Notes: generated from the sequence alone by a model not told the origin. A stretch of 64,000 nt of DNA from Eledone cirrhosa (GCA_964016885.1 OZ024742.1:321532001-321596000), one strand, 5' to 3'; positions 42,769-57,646 are shown, numbered from the stretch's first letter. Translations and numbers: made by a program.

Positions 42769-42891
42769 ATGGCAGATTGCTATTTTAAAGTGGAGTCGGC
42801 ACCTTTTGATGATCAGATAGTCCCAGACAAGGATGATATCCAATTCTCTGTAGATGTTGCTAACGCAGCTATTGGAAACGGCTGGACACAA
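42769..42891 (+). CDS. KLF5: KLF5-like Kruppel-like factor, predicted coding exon 1 (MADCYFKV...GWTQ)
   Basis: ATG at 42769, 41 codons, then a consensus donor GTAAGT at 42892. Phase 0 matches the phase-0 acceptor at 55501, giving WTQ|VEPDLEQYL, which resembles the 'E-x-YL' N-terminal motif of KLF5/6/7. Confidence 0.7.
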
Positions 42892-45711
42892 GTAAGTAAA
42901 GAAACGACCGAGAAAAAACGGTCCTTATTTATAGAACTTTTTTTCTTTTTTCGTTTTCATTAAAAAAAAATTCGGTAATCGTTAAGTTTTTGCTACCAAA
43001 CCTCGTGAAACCCCTCTGATTTATAAAACATGTTTGTTCTAAAGTGTGTTTATTTTAATCTAAAAACTTTCCTTCGTAAATTTATGTAAGAACCTTTAAG
43101 TTTTAAACGCAAGCTTAATAATAACAAATTTGGTTGTGCTAGTAAATTTCTTCAAATTCTGGATTATTTTCGGTGATAAAAGGGTTATGTTTCTGATACT
43201 GTCTACCTAAAAAGTAGTCGTCTTCAACAACAGCAGTTTATTACAATCGAATAATTATTTTTTTTTTATATATACTGTCTACTTCAGTCGTCTGCAACAA
43301 CAGTGTTTATTACAAACGAATAATTAAAATATAATTTTCCAATCAAATTAATTTAGTACCAGACAAATACTTGGGTCAATTTCAATTACTATATCCCTTC
43401 TCCAAAAGTCTCGCCTAGTGGACTTACTGAATCGGTATAACGTCGGACAAAATATTCAGTTACAGTCCTTTACGTTCTGTTCCGAGTTAAAATCCCTCTG
43501 TGATCAACTTTGCTTTTCACTTATCCTCCCGGAATGGGTCAACAAAATAAAGTACCAGTCAATTCGATATAATCGATTACTTTCTGATCGCCTTGTTCTT
43601 TTACTGATTTTTTAATCATTAGACTACCTTCAAGAGCCATAGCCGATCGATCTCCTGGAATATTATCGATTTATACATTATTATTGACCATGGTAGGCAA
43701 CAGAATCACTTTTATAGCCCTTGGCTTGTTATGCACTCGAGGTTTTAGTACCGGAAACTTAAGGATTACCGTTTATTTTTTTTTTTTTTTTTTAACATTA
43801 CTAAAGATTTTGTGTGTGTGTGTAGAAGCAGAAAAAGGGTTATGTGTCTATGACACAAATGTATGCATGTAGTTGTGACTTACAGCGAGTGAAAGGTTTA
43901 CCTGTATTCCGTATATGATAGTACAGTATTTATTAAATTTATATATATGTATGTGTTGCGCTATTTCTATATGGATACCTTTTATCGCTGTGTCTGCTAT
44001 GGATTTGCGTATATTCATGAGTATGTTTGTAAACGTTCTTGTGTGTATGTCAGTAAATATCACGTTTACTGGTTATGAATGAATGACCCCCTATCATCAT
44101 CGTGGTCACCATCGCCACTAGTATTATCGGCTATGTTAACTGCAATCGATGGGTGACTGCTATTTAAGCCGCTTGTTCGGGATTCGAATCCGATGATGGA
44201 TATTTCATCCAGAACGTGGAGTGAAACCAATAAGCAAGCTATCATGTGCCTCTCGAATCAAACGAACTTACTACTCTACTCACATGTACGTAGTAAACAA
44301 ACCTGCAACAACACATTAAAAGAAGCTCCCACGCGCACACACATAAATAAACGCAGCGTCAGGCGCATGTCATCATCAGGCGATAGGGGAATGATGGATA
44401 AGGTAGGGGAGAAAGATGTTAAATTAAGTCCATCAATTAATTACAAAGAAGGCTTAGTTGACCCCATGGTGATAGCCTCTTTTTCTTTAGCAATACGTCA
44501 AAACTTCGTTAAGTTAATAATCCATTTAAAATCCCCTTTTAACCGCCTCATTTACCACCGTACATCACGCGTGTGCGCAACTCCACCATCACTACATTAG
44601 CACACACATACACAAACGGTTCGATGGTGTGATTACAAAATAAGTGGTCGTGTTATTATCGTACCATAAGGATTAAGATTAAAAAAACAATTAAAAACAA
44701 ATGGGGTGATAATATTAGCTCCCTCTTTTTGTACGTATGTTTTTATCAGCTGACTTGTTAATCCGAATTTTAAAATAAAAAACGGTTTGCCTCGGCTTAA
44801 ACAGATTTGCTATTTAAATTTTCCAAACATCGATGTTTATGTGTTTAGTTAAAAACAATCCCAAAGTAGCATTCGGTCATTCTCGGAATAAGGTGATACG
44901 GATGGTAAAGGTTGGAAGAGTATAGGGCCGCTGTCCCTCTCTCCTTCCTTTATCTCAAAGTTAACACCGGACCGAATTTGTATATCAAGGCGGAGTTAGG
45001 GCCAGGTTGACCCCGATGAGAAACCCCTGAAGGACTATATTAACAAATCGAAAAGTTCAATCTTCTCCGAATCACATACCATTGGCCGGGGCGAGGTGGG
45101 GTGTTAGGGCATGTTGACCTCGGTGAGATACACAACCTCCAGTTCTGCTAGAAATAAGAGCCCAAATCTCTCTTAAAGTACACTACCGTTGAAACATTAA
45201 AATGAAACAGTGAAATATTGGGTAATGAAGCCGTCTATAAAAAAAAAGCAATTACGAGGTGGTCTGGTTTCGATTGTACGTCAATTCAATCTCAACTTCA
45301 AAAGCAAAAGTTATTTTTCGTGTATAACGAAAAAGTTAAAAGGAAGGGATTTAAAAAAAAAAAACGTGTTTTAAACATTGCTAAATACCAAAACAATGAA
45401 TTTCCCTTCATTCACGAACTTTGGGCTAGCTGTTTGATTCTTAAGTTCAAATCCCGATTTCGTGAGGTTGAGGCTCGTCTTTGCTGTTTTTCATCGTTCT
45501 GGAGTAGATAAAAATTAAATTTAGTAAATTTAATCAACTATAACCATACACGTAATTTTTACACATACACACGTGTATTTCACTGTTTAAGTAACCACTA
45601 TTTAGATATGTGTGTATATAATTAAATTAAATTTGAAATTTAGATAGATAGATATACGCACATGTTGTTTAGTACTAAGCGCGATACATCGTGGGGTAGG
45701 GTTAAGCGACG

Positions 45712-45846
45712 GTGGGGTGTTGATTCCAACGTGTTTTTGCGCGCACTTGAAAAACAGCGGGCGGGGCCTTAGTCATGCTTCTTTTTGATTGGTGCTTGTA
45801 TTGATGACGTCGACTGGTATAATATCCTAAATATAGCAACTGACGA
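45712..45846. promoter_or_regulatory. Dense TF motif cluster in KLF5 intron 1 (candidate enhancer or alternative promoter)
   Basis: GGTGGGGTG, GC box GGGCGGGGC (45759), AP-1-like TTAGTCA (45769), ATTGG (45788), CRE-like TGACGTC (45805), MEF2 CTAAATATAG (45827), TGACG (45841). Confidence 0.5.
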
Positions 45847-48627
45847 CGAAGGAATCACTGATGCGAGTAACACCCCTTCCCCCTTTTTATTTACTCGCTC
45901 TATCTTTTCACCACATTCCCCCTCTCTTTATTTCATCATCGCTCTCACATTTTTATTATTTACTCTCTTTCTCTCTCTTACCATTTCTTTCTCATTCGTT
46001 TTTCATTCATACACTGCACACACATTAACACTATTTTACTCTCTCTCTTCCTCTCTAAGATTTAACTGATTTTGCCCAGAGCGCCATAAACACACCACCT
46101 CTATGTACTAGAAATAGCAGTCAAATTACACCTCTGTCGACTTCTTTTTTTTTAAAGGAACACTTTGGATAATTTATAGTCCTGTCTTTGCATATAGAAA
46201 ATTAAAGAGAAAAATCTGAATGATCACGACTGGAATTTCTTTTGATCATAAGTATCTAAAGTTTTACTTGAAGTGAAACAACTTTAGCAACAATTAACTA
46301 ACGTCAGTGTCGAATTATGAGTAGAGCGGATAAGGGGAATACGGTGTGATATCTATCTTTCTATGCTATGCCATCGAACCACGTGGATCTAGAAATGTTG
46401 GGGGGAGGCGCAAATATTTTTTTTCTTGTTTTACAAATAAATACTTTATTGATTCAAAGCGCTTAAAAGAAGAGGGAGATAGCAATGTAGTCGCTTATAG
46501 AACAATACATTTAAATTCCTTTAGACAGGACTAATTATATGTCTTAATACCTTAAATGCGTGTATGTATATATATATATATATATCCTTTCCATTAAACT
46601 TTCTGAATCAACACGGGATTTATATATATTGAGTACTTTTTAATTGGTAACCCCACGACACAACTCGAACCTATTATATATAAATTATTTTTATCTTAGG
46701 GTGCTGTGTAGGTAAATTAGTGAATTGAATTGACAGGAAAACTGTATGGTTGGCCACTTAATTCAAGGCTACGTGAGCATGTTATATAGATGCCATGATA
46801 AACACCCTATTGATACCCCCTACATCTTTCCACCCACATACAATACCCTTCTGTACCCACTTCCCTTAAAATTTTGCTATGATTCTCTTGAAAATACACG
46901 TGGATCGTAGCAAAAAGTGTAAATTGTGGAATGTGTTTGCTTGTTTATATAAATTTACTCTCGACCTTCACATATTGGATGCTTATTCAGTTTGATTAGT
47001 ACAATGGTATTTTAAATAGTGATTCGCGTAAACAAGTTTCGATTCTATTTGTGTGAGCTATCTTGGGACCGTGTCCTTTACCATAGACTCAAATTAGCTC
47101 AATTCTTTGTAAGTGAAGTTAGGTAGACGGAAACTAATTAAAAGGGATAAGTCTTGTCGCACAGATTTAGCTGAAGGATTAGATTAAGGGTACATACGTC
47201 TGAAGGATACTCATCCTCGAAACTGACGGTAAACATCGAAAGAAAAACACCAAACCGGTGCTTTCGAAAGGAAGCCTTTTGTAATATTTGTTCCGTCCTA
47301 GTTGCGTCATAAACAATCTCTCTTGACATTCTCTCATCAGCTAAATACAGGGAACAATAATGTGGCCTCCTTGGTTCAAAATATGTGATAAAACAACAGA
47401 AACTCGAAACGAGTTAACGCAATTCCGATAACACTACGATAGTCGTCCTTTTACCACATCGTCCTGCTTCTGTCGAAAATAGCAACTGAAAGGGCTTGAG
47501 TAGTCGCTAAACCCGCTAGAAATAACAGCCAAATATTTCCATGCTTTAAAAAAAAAACTTGGAAAAACCATTCCCATTAAAATATGACAGAGTGGTCGCG
47601 GGTGGCATACTTGTTCATGATTGAGCAGAGGGTTAAACGGGCAAAATAATAGGAAGGTTCAGTAGAGAATAAAATAGGTCAGCGGTCATTTTTGTGGTGG
47701 TGTTAGTGACGGATAGGTGGCCGAGTGTACATCACACAAATATCTATTCTCCCCACCCCTTCCTCAATAGTAACAGTTGACCCTGTGAAATCTATATGTT
47801 TACTGATATCACGGAGTCAGACTGATTTTATTGGGGTGAATATAATATATTTAGGATTATTCTATACAGAAAACAACGTGGCTCTAAAAACATACGTATT
47901 CATATATATATATATATATATATATAATTGTCTAATATATACATACATATGTATATATGACTTTTTTCGTTTAAGCTGCGAACATTGGATTTATATATAT
48001 AAAGCCAATCTTCGCAGGTTAAACGAAAAATTCGAACACTTAGGATATTGACCGGGTTTTTCGCTTATTTCTTAGCTACTTTCTGTACCGAATGACCTCG
48101 ACCGTGACTACTACTACTACTACTACTTGATTCAAGTGTTCAATACGTGGTATCAATGTGGTAGTGGTAGTGGTAGTAGTAGCTGTAAAGAATGAATGTT
48201 AATTACGAGTGGAAGTGAGGGGGGGGGGGGTCATCCAATGATAGTGGTGGTGGTGAGAGTGTTCTTCTTAAAGGTTGTTTACTGTTCGTCTTCCGTACCG
48301 GATCTAAAACTCTTAAAGAGTTGCGTCATCTCAATCTCAGCGAAAGAAAGATCGTTTGATTGTTAATACAAACATCAGCTGGAGATTTATCATCGCGTGT
48401 AATGCGACTCGCAATATATATAACCTATCTCACCTTCTATATTTCTATCTAGTTCATTAGCTATTGTGTATAATCGAAGCGATCGACCTGTTTCATATAC
48501 ACTGCGTTAAATGTACATGTCTTATATTAGAAACATGATTGCACTCAAGTTTGTTTTTGTTTTTTTATTTTATTAAATATTTTTCACATGTCCTTGGTTC
48601 TTTATTTTTGTTCTAAATCCATAAGTC

Positions 48628-48666
48628 TATTAATGTTTCGAGACTTTCAGTTTAATCTTCAGAATA
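48628..48666 (-). ncRNA. Degenerate hammerhead motif antisense in KLF5 intron 1
   Basis: TATT CTGAAGA ttaaactgaaagtctc GAAA CATT AATA; stem II decayed. Confidence 0.4.
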
Positions 48667-51600
48667 AGAATGATTGTAGTAGCGGTGTGTTGATCACGTA
48701 CTGTTTGTAGATATGTCATAGTCATAGAATGTCACGCTTTTCGCTGCAAACTCAATACATATGAGCAGAGTATATGCTTTATTTTTCAAAGTTTCAGTTT
48801 TAATGTATCTCTTTAGAACTCCTATAAATTTCTTTTTTCTTTTAATCCCGTAACTCCTGGGGACGCCATATTGACTTAAGGCATTTTAAAACTTGGCGGA
48901 GTCCGTTTCTTCTTCAATTTTAATTTATAACTTCGGGGTTCTCTCCCATACCTTTTGTGACAAGAATTAGACTTTAAAAAAATTAATGCTAGCATCTATT
49001 CACTTTACTAATGTTCTCATGCAACTAGCGTCCCTGGGTATTCTTCCCCATCTCCAATCATTTTTACGTATGTCTGCGTATCAATTAATATGACGTCACA
49101 CAGTGAAAATTGATATCCGGTTGAGGGGTATTAAGCATATCTTGTAATCAAATTCGCTGTGCCTACTCAAGACGGATGTTTGTTATATTGATAGGTAGGT
49201 AGGGGAAAACAGACAGTTACCTGTGTACAGATAGAGATAGATAGTATTTTATTTATTATTCCCTTAAATGTATCGAGGGAGCTACAATACCTGAGTCTCT
49301 CCAACTTTTTCCTTTTACTTTACTCTTAAAGAAGTTGAAGGAAAATTAGCTGCTATCTCTAGCAGCGCCACTGGGTGGCTACCTCCACCGCCCTCTTTCG
49401 TTGGCACGTGATGTGATCGTGGTGATGGTGAGGTAGGTGCAATAGGAGATAGAGCGTTAAGTACACATAGATGTGTAGTAACAGTAATGGTAATAATAAT
49501 AATAATAATAGATAAATAAAAGGAAGTGCAAAAAGATATCGGAAATAAATACTGTTGGTAGTAAATCTTCTTCCTTTGAGTCTCCGCATCTTCCACTACC
49601 CCCTTTCCTCTTACTCGCTTCTTGTTACTAGTTCTCTACTTAATCTCTCTCTCTCTCGTTTCTTTTCTCCCTCGATCGCCAAAATGGTTGGTTCTTATTT
49701 CTGATGACGACACATTACCTCCAGCCATTCGGTCGGCTTTGAATTGAGGTTGGTTGACTAATTTTCCACCCCCACAGCTTCAGGGGTAGGGTAGTTTAAA
49801 TAAGATATTTCCTAAACACCCACCCGTCCCTTATGTCTGTCTCTCTATCTCAAATGAACACACACACACACACACATACATACATATATATATATAATGT
49901 GTGTGTGTGTGTGTGTATTGACCTCATAACTAATGTCAAGAAATAAAAGTTATGTAAGGAATATCCAGGGGTTATCTAAAAACAAATTAGGGACCTTTTC
50001 CTCATCGTTATGTAAACAGAGCACTTCCGATCAGTAGAGGTTATTCATAAAACTTAGAATATACTCTGAACAATTGCTAATGCTATCTCTCTGCCAGTCG
50101 CAACATGAAATGTATTTTGTTCAACTCACCGACCGGTCCAGGTATCGAACCCATGACCCTTATGATCCTGAGTCCAACAACCGTAACCAATATATATATA
50201 TATAAGTATGTCGAACTATAAGCTGGCATATAGAAAAATTAATAAGTAGCGTGTGCCTTATCACCAAGTCATGTTTATTTCATCACCACATTGTACTTAC
50301 AATCACCAAGTCTTCTAGTTTAATATTTCATCATCACTTCCTTTCTGGAATAAAACCTAACATCGCGTGTGTACTATATAATATGATGATGATGATGTGT
50401 GCGTGGGGTTTGAAAGAAATAAAAATAATAAAATGGATGAATCATTCCGTCGGTGAAAAAAAAAAGAATGAAACTTTATCTGTTTTTTCCTTCCTTTCTT
50501 TTTATATTTGTTTTATTATATTACGTATTTTGTTTTTTATCTCTTCTTACTGAATGGAAAACTACTTAAGTGTACCGGACGAGTTTTTAGTGTGGAAAAT
50601 TACACCGGTATATTACGTGAATGGATGAATATGTACACTACTAAGTTGTGTCTGCTATACGCTTAGCTGATTATAGATATAAAAATGTTACTAGTTAAAG
50701 TGACTAGTAACTCATTACTTCATACGATATATAAAGAGTTTAAGTTGATATTTAATACATGTAAACTCGACTTTCTAGCTGAAATCGAAACCGTTTAAGC
50801 TTGGCCCTCGGGTAATATATGTATTAAATATATATTTGTCTAAGTGTCTCGCTGGCTATTTAACAGTTTGGTGTGTGTCTATATCTTTAAGATAAAATAA
50901 TGCGTATATGCATACCTAGTTATCTAATTTCACTAATAAAGTGGTGGACGGGAGTTAATACACTAATATTTTCAAGTTCAACCATTAAAATAGCTAAACA
51001 CATGTATTCTTTAGAAGATAGGGCTAAACAGCAACAAGAAAACTAGATAATTAAGTATCGCATAATGTGCGAGGGTAGGTAGGTATACGCTTTTACTCTT
51101 AAGCGAAGTGTTCAGCCGACCGTAACCAAAAAGCAAAACAGCAACACTCACATTTATGAATACATGTGTGTGTGTGTCTATATAATATGTATATAATATA
51201 CATATGCTCTGTGTATTTTACATAAACAAGCCGGTCAGCGGGTAGTTGAGTGGGGGGGGGGGGGGGGGAGACTGTGCGTGCTTGTATACACGGACAAATA
51301 TCACAAATACATTTATAAAATCAACTAGTTTTATATCGTTGTTATATAGGCGCAGGCATGGCCGTGTTGAGAGCTTTGCAACTACGTGGTTTCGGGTTCA
51401 GTCCCGATGCTTGGCATTTTGGATAAGTGTCTTGTGGGTAAAATTTGTGAAAACTGCGAAACCCCTTTCTATGTGTTTATGTATATTCCCTTTCAAAGGG
51501 GTGCCTCCAGTCTGAAAAGAAAGTCAGGGCTCGCCATTCTCTCTTTTTTGTATTTCTATTTCATATGGTAGCGAAATGTGTGTGTGTGTGTTGGGGGGGG

Positions 51601-52666
51601 GGGGGACGTAATGAAAATGGTGGCGGGGGGGGGGGGTCGTTTTTACTCTTTTAACTTCCAACACTTTTTAAAAGTAGTCCTCCATTGAACCTGCAACCGA
51701 ACGGGCAGACGGCGGCAAAATACTTTTAGAAAAAAAAATAACATGAATCTGGTTAGTTTCTATTAGTCATTATTTTTATTTCTTTGTGGCTGTCCGCCTG
51801 TTTTATAATTTGTAGCTTTTTTATTCTTATTTCGAAATTTTGTTCGATCCCTCTATTCATTAACAGTTTTGATTGAAGACTTGTAAAATTTAAATCATTG
51901 TTATTGCGTGTATTTTTTCTTGTGAGTGAAAAGTGTGTGATTCAAATGTTGGGCTGACGATCACAAGGTCGTGAGTTTGTTTCTTAGACCGTGTCCTTGA
52001 GCATGGTGCTACAATTTCACATTTCTCCTGTTCACTCAGCTGAAAATGAGTACCAGCGATAGCTGAGAATTGTTATCCCAGGAACGGACTGATGTCTCGT
52101 TCAGAAGCTAATATTGTACTCACAGTGTACTCATGAGACCGTTTATAAGATCCAGGCTTCGTCCAATCATGAAAAAAAATGAGCGTCAAGAACTCTAAGT
52201 TTTTGTATTGTGATAGAAAAAACAATGTCTTAAAAGAAATTATTGTTCATTGATTCATTTCGATGCTTCTTTGAAAGTTGTTTTTTATCAACATTGACAA
52301 ATACCGAACAATGAAAATGTTTGGTCTTTATTGACTTCACTCGCTTGTAATGTTTTATTATTGTCATCCTTAAATCACTATTTTATCTTTCCCATCTTCC
52401 CTCTAAAAGATTAATATGTGATAGATGTTCTATAAAATTTAAGTTTTCTTTTGTGCTTGTGTATATAGTGCATGCGTGGGTGTGTATATATAAATGATTA
52501 CGCTTACTTTTGGCCCAACTAAATGTGCGAATTCTTGAAAGAAACAGTTTAACTAGTAATTCGAAACCGGTTTGCTATTTGGTGGTGTGGCCAGCGCCAT
52601 GAAAGCAACAACAAAATAATAAGAGAGAGGAGTTAGTCTGAAGCTAAATTGTTTTATACCCATTTA

Positions 52667-52704
<38 letters not shown>

Positions 52705-54381
52705 CTTCAAAAGACTTTTAAAAAATGTCCATACACATTGAGATTGTGTGTTCGATCCTAACTCATCTCGTTGAACGTCTGCTTAGGTTTTGTGTGGGTG
52801 TGTAAAAGTAGATAGATGACTATCAAGAGAAATTATAACATTAATGGATAATTTTGTTAAGTAACTCAGTGGATGGAATGACGTGTGTAAGTGTAAAAGT
52901 GGTGCGTATATAATTCATTGTGTGTATGAATTATAGAAAAGAAAATGCAAAGACGACAATACAAACAATAATAATAATAGTCATAATTTCACGGTTCAGT
53001 GAAGCTATTTGAAATGTTACAGTTTTGGGAGTGAGTGCGTATAATAACCGTGACAGAGTGTGTGTATAATATATATATAGTTTATCATAAAAAGCAACAT
53101 GAAATAAAGTGTCTTGCTCAAGAACACAATCCACCATCCGTTTCAGAAATCGAACCTGCGACCTTAGTGTGTGTCCAATAGCCTAACCGCTATGCCACGC
53201 GCCTTCACAGTCTATCTGACGGGCTTCCAAACAGTTTCCATCTAATCAGATTCACGAAAACTTGCCTAATATGCCACTATGCATACGGGCGTAATCTGGT
53301 TGTGTGAAGCAATTTTCAACTGAGCGTGTAATGTATGTCATATATATATATATGTGTGTGTGTATTATATAATCAATTGTCCCCACTGTTTATTAGAAAT
53401 AGTTTGGCATTATCCAACCGCGCGCACACACACACACATTCTACTTGATTGATCGAGCACTTGAGTGGAAACTTATATAAACGACACGCCACGGTTGTTC
53501 CTGTCTACTTGAGTAGGACGTCAGGAGTTCGGTTTTATCTTTATTCCACTCGTGTATTTATCCCATAACTATTAGTACTGCTTTTGACGTCTGGAGTACA
53601 GTCGGTTTTGCATTGAGCACCTAAACTACTTTTGTACGTTAACTTTTTTTTATATTTTCCTTTTTCTTAAAAAAAAATTTTCCCCACCTTTGTGCTAATT
53701 GTATTTTCTTGTGTCTGTATAAATACTCTTGGAATGTGTACAGACGCGGTAGAAACTGAAATAACCCGTAACCGGGCCCCTTCGCAAGTGATAGTGTCTC
53801 AATAAAAATATTGTCGGGCCCTTAGGCTTATGATCCTTTGAAAAAGAGGGAGAAAGAATATTCAATACATATAAAATTAGTGGAGTTTTATTTTCGTGTG
53901 AAGCTACGTTGTTCTCTGGTTGGCTACTCCGAGTTTTCTTTTTTTTTCCTTCTATTGTTCGGTATAACGGCCGAGTAAGATAATCAGCTAATGGATCTCT
54001 CTCAAATATCATATATCTGATAGTAAGACCTCTTTCTAACTTTTCAAATCTTACCACTTTTAAGAGGCAAGCTGTCTCGTCTATCTTGGCGGTATTATTG
54101 ATTGAGTTCAAGTCACCTTCTTTCGATGTGTAATAATTATTTTATTCTTTTATTTGTAATGTTTTGTTCTTACGTGTTTCGTTTATTAGCGTGCAGTTAG
54201 TTATGCTAGGACACCGTCTTAAATGGATTTTTTTTTATCGTATCGACTCTCTTTTTTCTATCATGGTACTTATTTTACCGATTTCTTTTTGTCGAACCGC
54301 ACTATATATTGGTACCCTTGAAATATATATAATATAATAAATATGGTTTTATAAATATAGTTTCCATTTATTTAATATCAT

Positions 54382-54447
<66 letters not shown>

Positions 54448-54659
54448 TAACAATATTCAATACATCGGTAAACGAAAATAAATTCACAGGGGAGGAAAGA
54501 AAAAATGAAAACGCATAAATTCCGGTTCATTATAATTTCATGTAAGAACTTTTGAAATATTTCATAAGAAAGTTATTTTCTTGGTTGTTTTTAAAATGAT
54601 TGTAGGCAGTGTCTAAATTAGAAATATGGTAAAAAAAGGAGTTAACCTATCTATTATAT

Positions 54660-54848
54660 ATTAATTGTTTCTACTTTAGGCACAAGGCCAGCAAATAATC
54701 CAGTACATTACTGGTACTTTATTTTATCGACCCCGTAAGGATGAAAGGCAAAGTTAACATCGGCGGCGGGATTTGAACTCAGACTGTAAAGGGACGTAAC
54801 TATGCTAGAAAGGATGGCGTCCAACCCTCTACCGATACTGCCAATTCA
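54660..54848 (-). mobile_element. tRNA-derived SINE, young copy, antisense in KLF5 intron 1
   Basis: Reverse complement of the 15209 copy. Confidence 0.82.
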
Positions 54849-55501
54849 CCTCTATCTATTATATTAATGCCATTGGCCCACTTGAGTTATTTCCCTTAAC
54901 TTTTTTCTTTTAAAACCATCATTACTACTGCTTCGCTGCTTACAACATCACTGGGAAGTTGTAGGCGGGTGGATGTATATACATTTACATATGTGTGTAT
55001 GTATGTATAGTTACGTATAGCACACCTTTTTCTTTAGTTAAGGAGCGGTAGCTTTCTAAAGTATGACAATTTCCGGATTTCATCACACACGTGTATGTAT
55101 ATATACCTTATGAATTAAATTTATACTTTCAATTGTGGTCACACACCACCACAACCCCCTAATAGACAGGCATACACATATGAATGAATCTTTTATGTAT
55201 TTAGCGACCTTCACTCCGCCCTCTCCGAGCAACTATCGACTTTACGGTGCGGTTTCAACACTTCTTAAGAAGAAAAATATGGAGTCTGTACGCGGTTATT
55301 AGATTGCTAGAAATAGCAGTCAAATATCTTTTTATTTTTTCCTTTTTTCCTTTTTTTTTTTTTTGACCACCGAGGTCAACTTTGCCTCTCGTCCTTCCAG
55401 GATCGATACAACCGACTTTACCGTGCCCCAAATTATTGGCATTCTGCCAATGTTAAGATTATTGTTATTATTATTAATGATTTTTTTTTTTTTATTTACA
55501 G

Positions 55502-56765
55502 GTGGAACCGGACTTAGAACAATACTTGGTGTCACCAACACAGAGCTCTCCAGCCCTAAGAAAACGCCAACGTCGTGACAGTGCATCTGTGGTGGGTGAA
55601 TTCTTCAACGATGACGGCGAACTGAAAAGTGGCCTCTATTACGGCAACTCCAATAACCTTCGTATCGGTTTAATGAACTGTAACAGCGCCTACAACAACA
55701 TGGCCGCCAACCCGAACAGCGTAGAGCTTACCCGTGGCAACAGGTTAATGGTGATGAATTCGGTGAATATGAACGGGTTGAAAACTCAGCTGGTGCATCA
55801 GGCTATCACCAATAACAATGGAGGTGGTGGTAGTAGCAATATGGGCAGCAATGGTCACCTGGCGTCAATGGACGACGGTCGTAAAGAGCTGGATTGGGAC
55901 GAGTATTCATCAAACATCAAGTTGGAACCGGAGAACTTTGACATCGATTCTATAGGAGGTATGTCTAACGTTGAATACATTCACTCGATCGATCATCCGG
56001 ACTTGGATTTAAACCAAGAGAACGGCAAGGCCCTGTGGGATGACATACGTCTGGGGATGCACATGGTCACTTCCCAGCAAGACAGTATGAAGGACGACTT
56101 GGCCGGACTAACGAATCGTATTAAAAGCGAACCCATCGATGCTGACTGGGACAAACCTGCATGTCAGTACACTGCGTCAATCTTGCTCAATAACAATCTC
56201 AACAATAACATCAACAACAGTAACAACCTTAACAATAACAACATCAACAGTGTTAGCAATCTTCCTGGTATGCTTGCTGCATGCAAGTATGAGCCAGTTC
56301 GGACTGCATGTACTATAGAATCGAAGCCGAATATTAATGAGGCCGGCGGGCATCACCGGACTAAAGTGGGGTCTAAACTCCAACCATCTCTTATGCCGTT
56401 GCCCTACCACCCCCACCACCAGAATATCACCTTCCTACATTCACCCAACTCCTCCACATCCCCTTCCTCCTTTTCGGCTTTGTCCAACTCCTCATCTTCC
56501 TCATCAACGGGTGGCCCCCTCTTGCCAACCCCACCCAATTCACTGCCCGCCAGCCCCGTCCACGAAAGCTCATACCGACGCACACCACCACCACCGTATC
56601 CGGGCAATCCACGCCACTTTATGAACCCCGTAATTTCAGTGCCTCCAGTGAGGACAATGAGCAAAAAACAGCCCCTCACGCACCCCGGATGCTCAACCAT
56701 AAAATACAACAGGAAAAACAACCCCGAGTTGGAGAAAAGACGTGTTCATTTCTGTGATTTTCAAA
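55502..56765 (+). CDS. KLF5: KLF5-like factor, coding exon 2 (transactivation region to start of ZF1)
   Basis: PolyT-TTTACAG acceptor; open frame with IKLEP/IKSEP, LPTPPNS and TPPPPY motifs and the KLF5-type pre-finger KYNRKNNPELEKRRVHFCDF; donor GTGAGT at 56766 (phase 1). Confidence 0.93.
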
Positions 56766-57646
56766 GTGAGTATCTGACATATCTTTAATACTCTTATGAC
56801 ATATCTTAAAAAATAATCTTATAACATGTTTTAACTCTTGATACCAAATCAGCCTGATCTTGCATTACAAAACTGCTTGTCCTAAAATGTTTAGATTTCC
56901 ATTATGATTTATGTAAGAACGTTAAGTTATCTTCCAAACACTAATTTTAAAATGGGGGAAAGTGAGTTTTGTTACTATGTCCTCTAAATTCTTGATACTT
57001 TTCAAAATTGAAAATCGTAAGTGGTATTTTTCATTAGAAATTGAGTAACAAAAGAGTTAATCTGTCACCCAGTTTACTATATCACTACCACTTGGTCTTG
57101 TCATGGAATGAATCAATGTATTTGGATGACCACTCATCAAATTGTAACATAAAAATTGAAAGTCACAATGTAATAATCACCTTACCTTCATCATGAACCT
57201 AATGTGAGAATTTTGTGAAGATTAGATTGTTATTTCTTGTAGATACAATAACCACTTAGGGCTTTCATTAACCTTTTCAAGACTATATTTCTAATTAAAT
57301 ACAGTTTCAATTAATTAATGTAGAGTTTTTTCATTGCAAGCATACTAAACTGATAGTTCTTACATATTATGTTGGAAGTTTTTGATTTAAATAGTTTGGG
57401 GTGGATTGTTAGTATTTGAAAAAATTAATTTACATCTCAGACCTATGTTCAAGTTTAGCTAGCCTCTTACAAGATTATATTCATAGGAAGTTTCTGAATA
57501 ATAGGTCCCCAAATGAAGAATCCCATAAGTCTAATACCTTAATCACTAGGACATGTGACATTGCTATTAGTAGTTGGTTTTGTTATATTTCCTAATTAAT
57601 TCACAATAACTAACCTCGCTCTCTTTTTCTCTTCCTCTTTTCACAG

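Noticed and set aside
55502-56788. 428-aa ORF as a single-exon gene starting at GTG
   Set aside because: Bounded by splice sites; the GTG follows an AG acceptor and the tail SEYLTYL is intron read-through.
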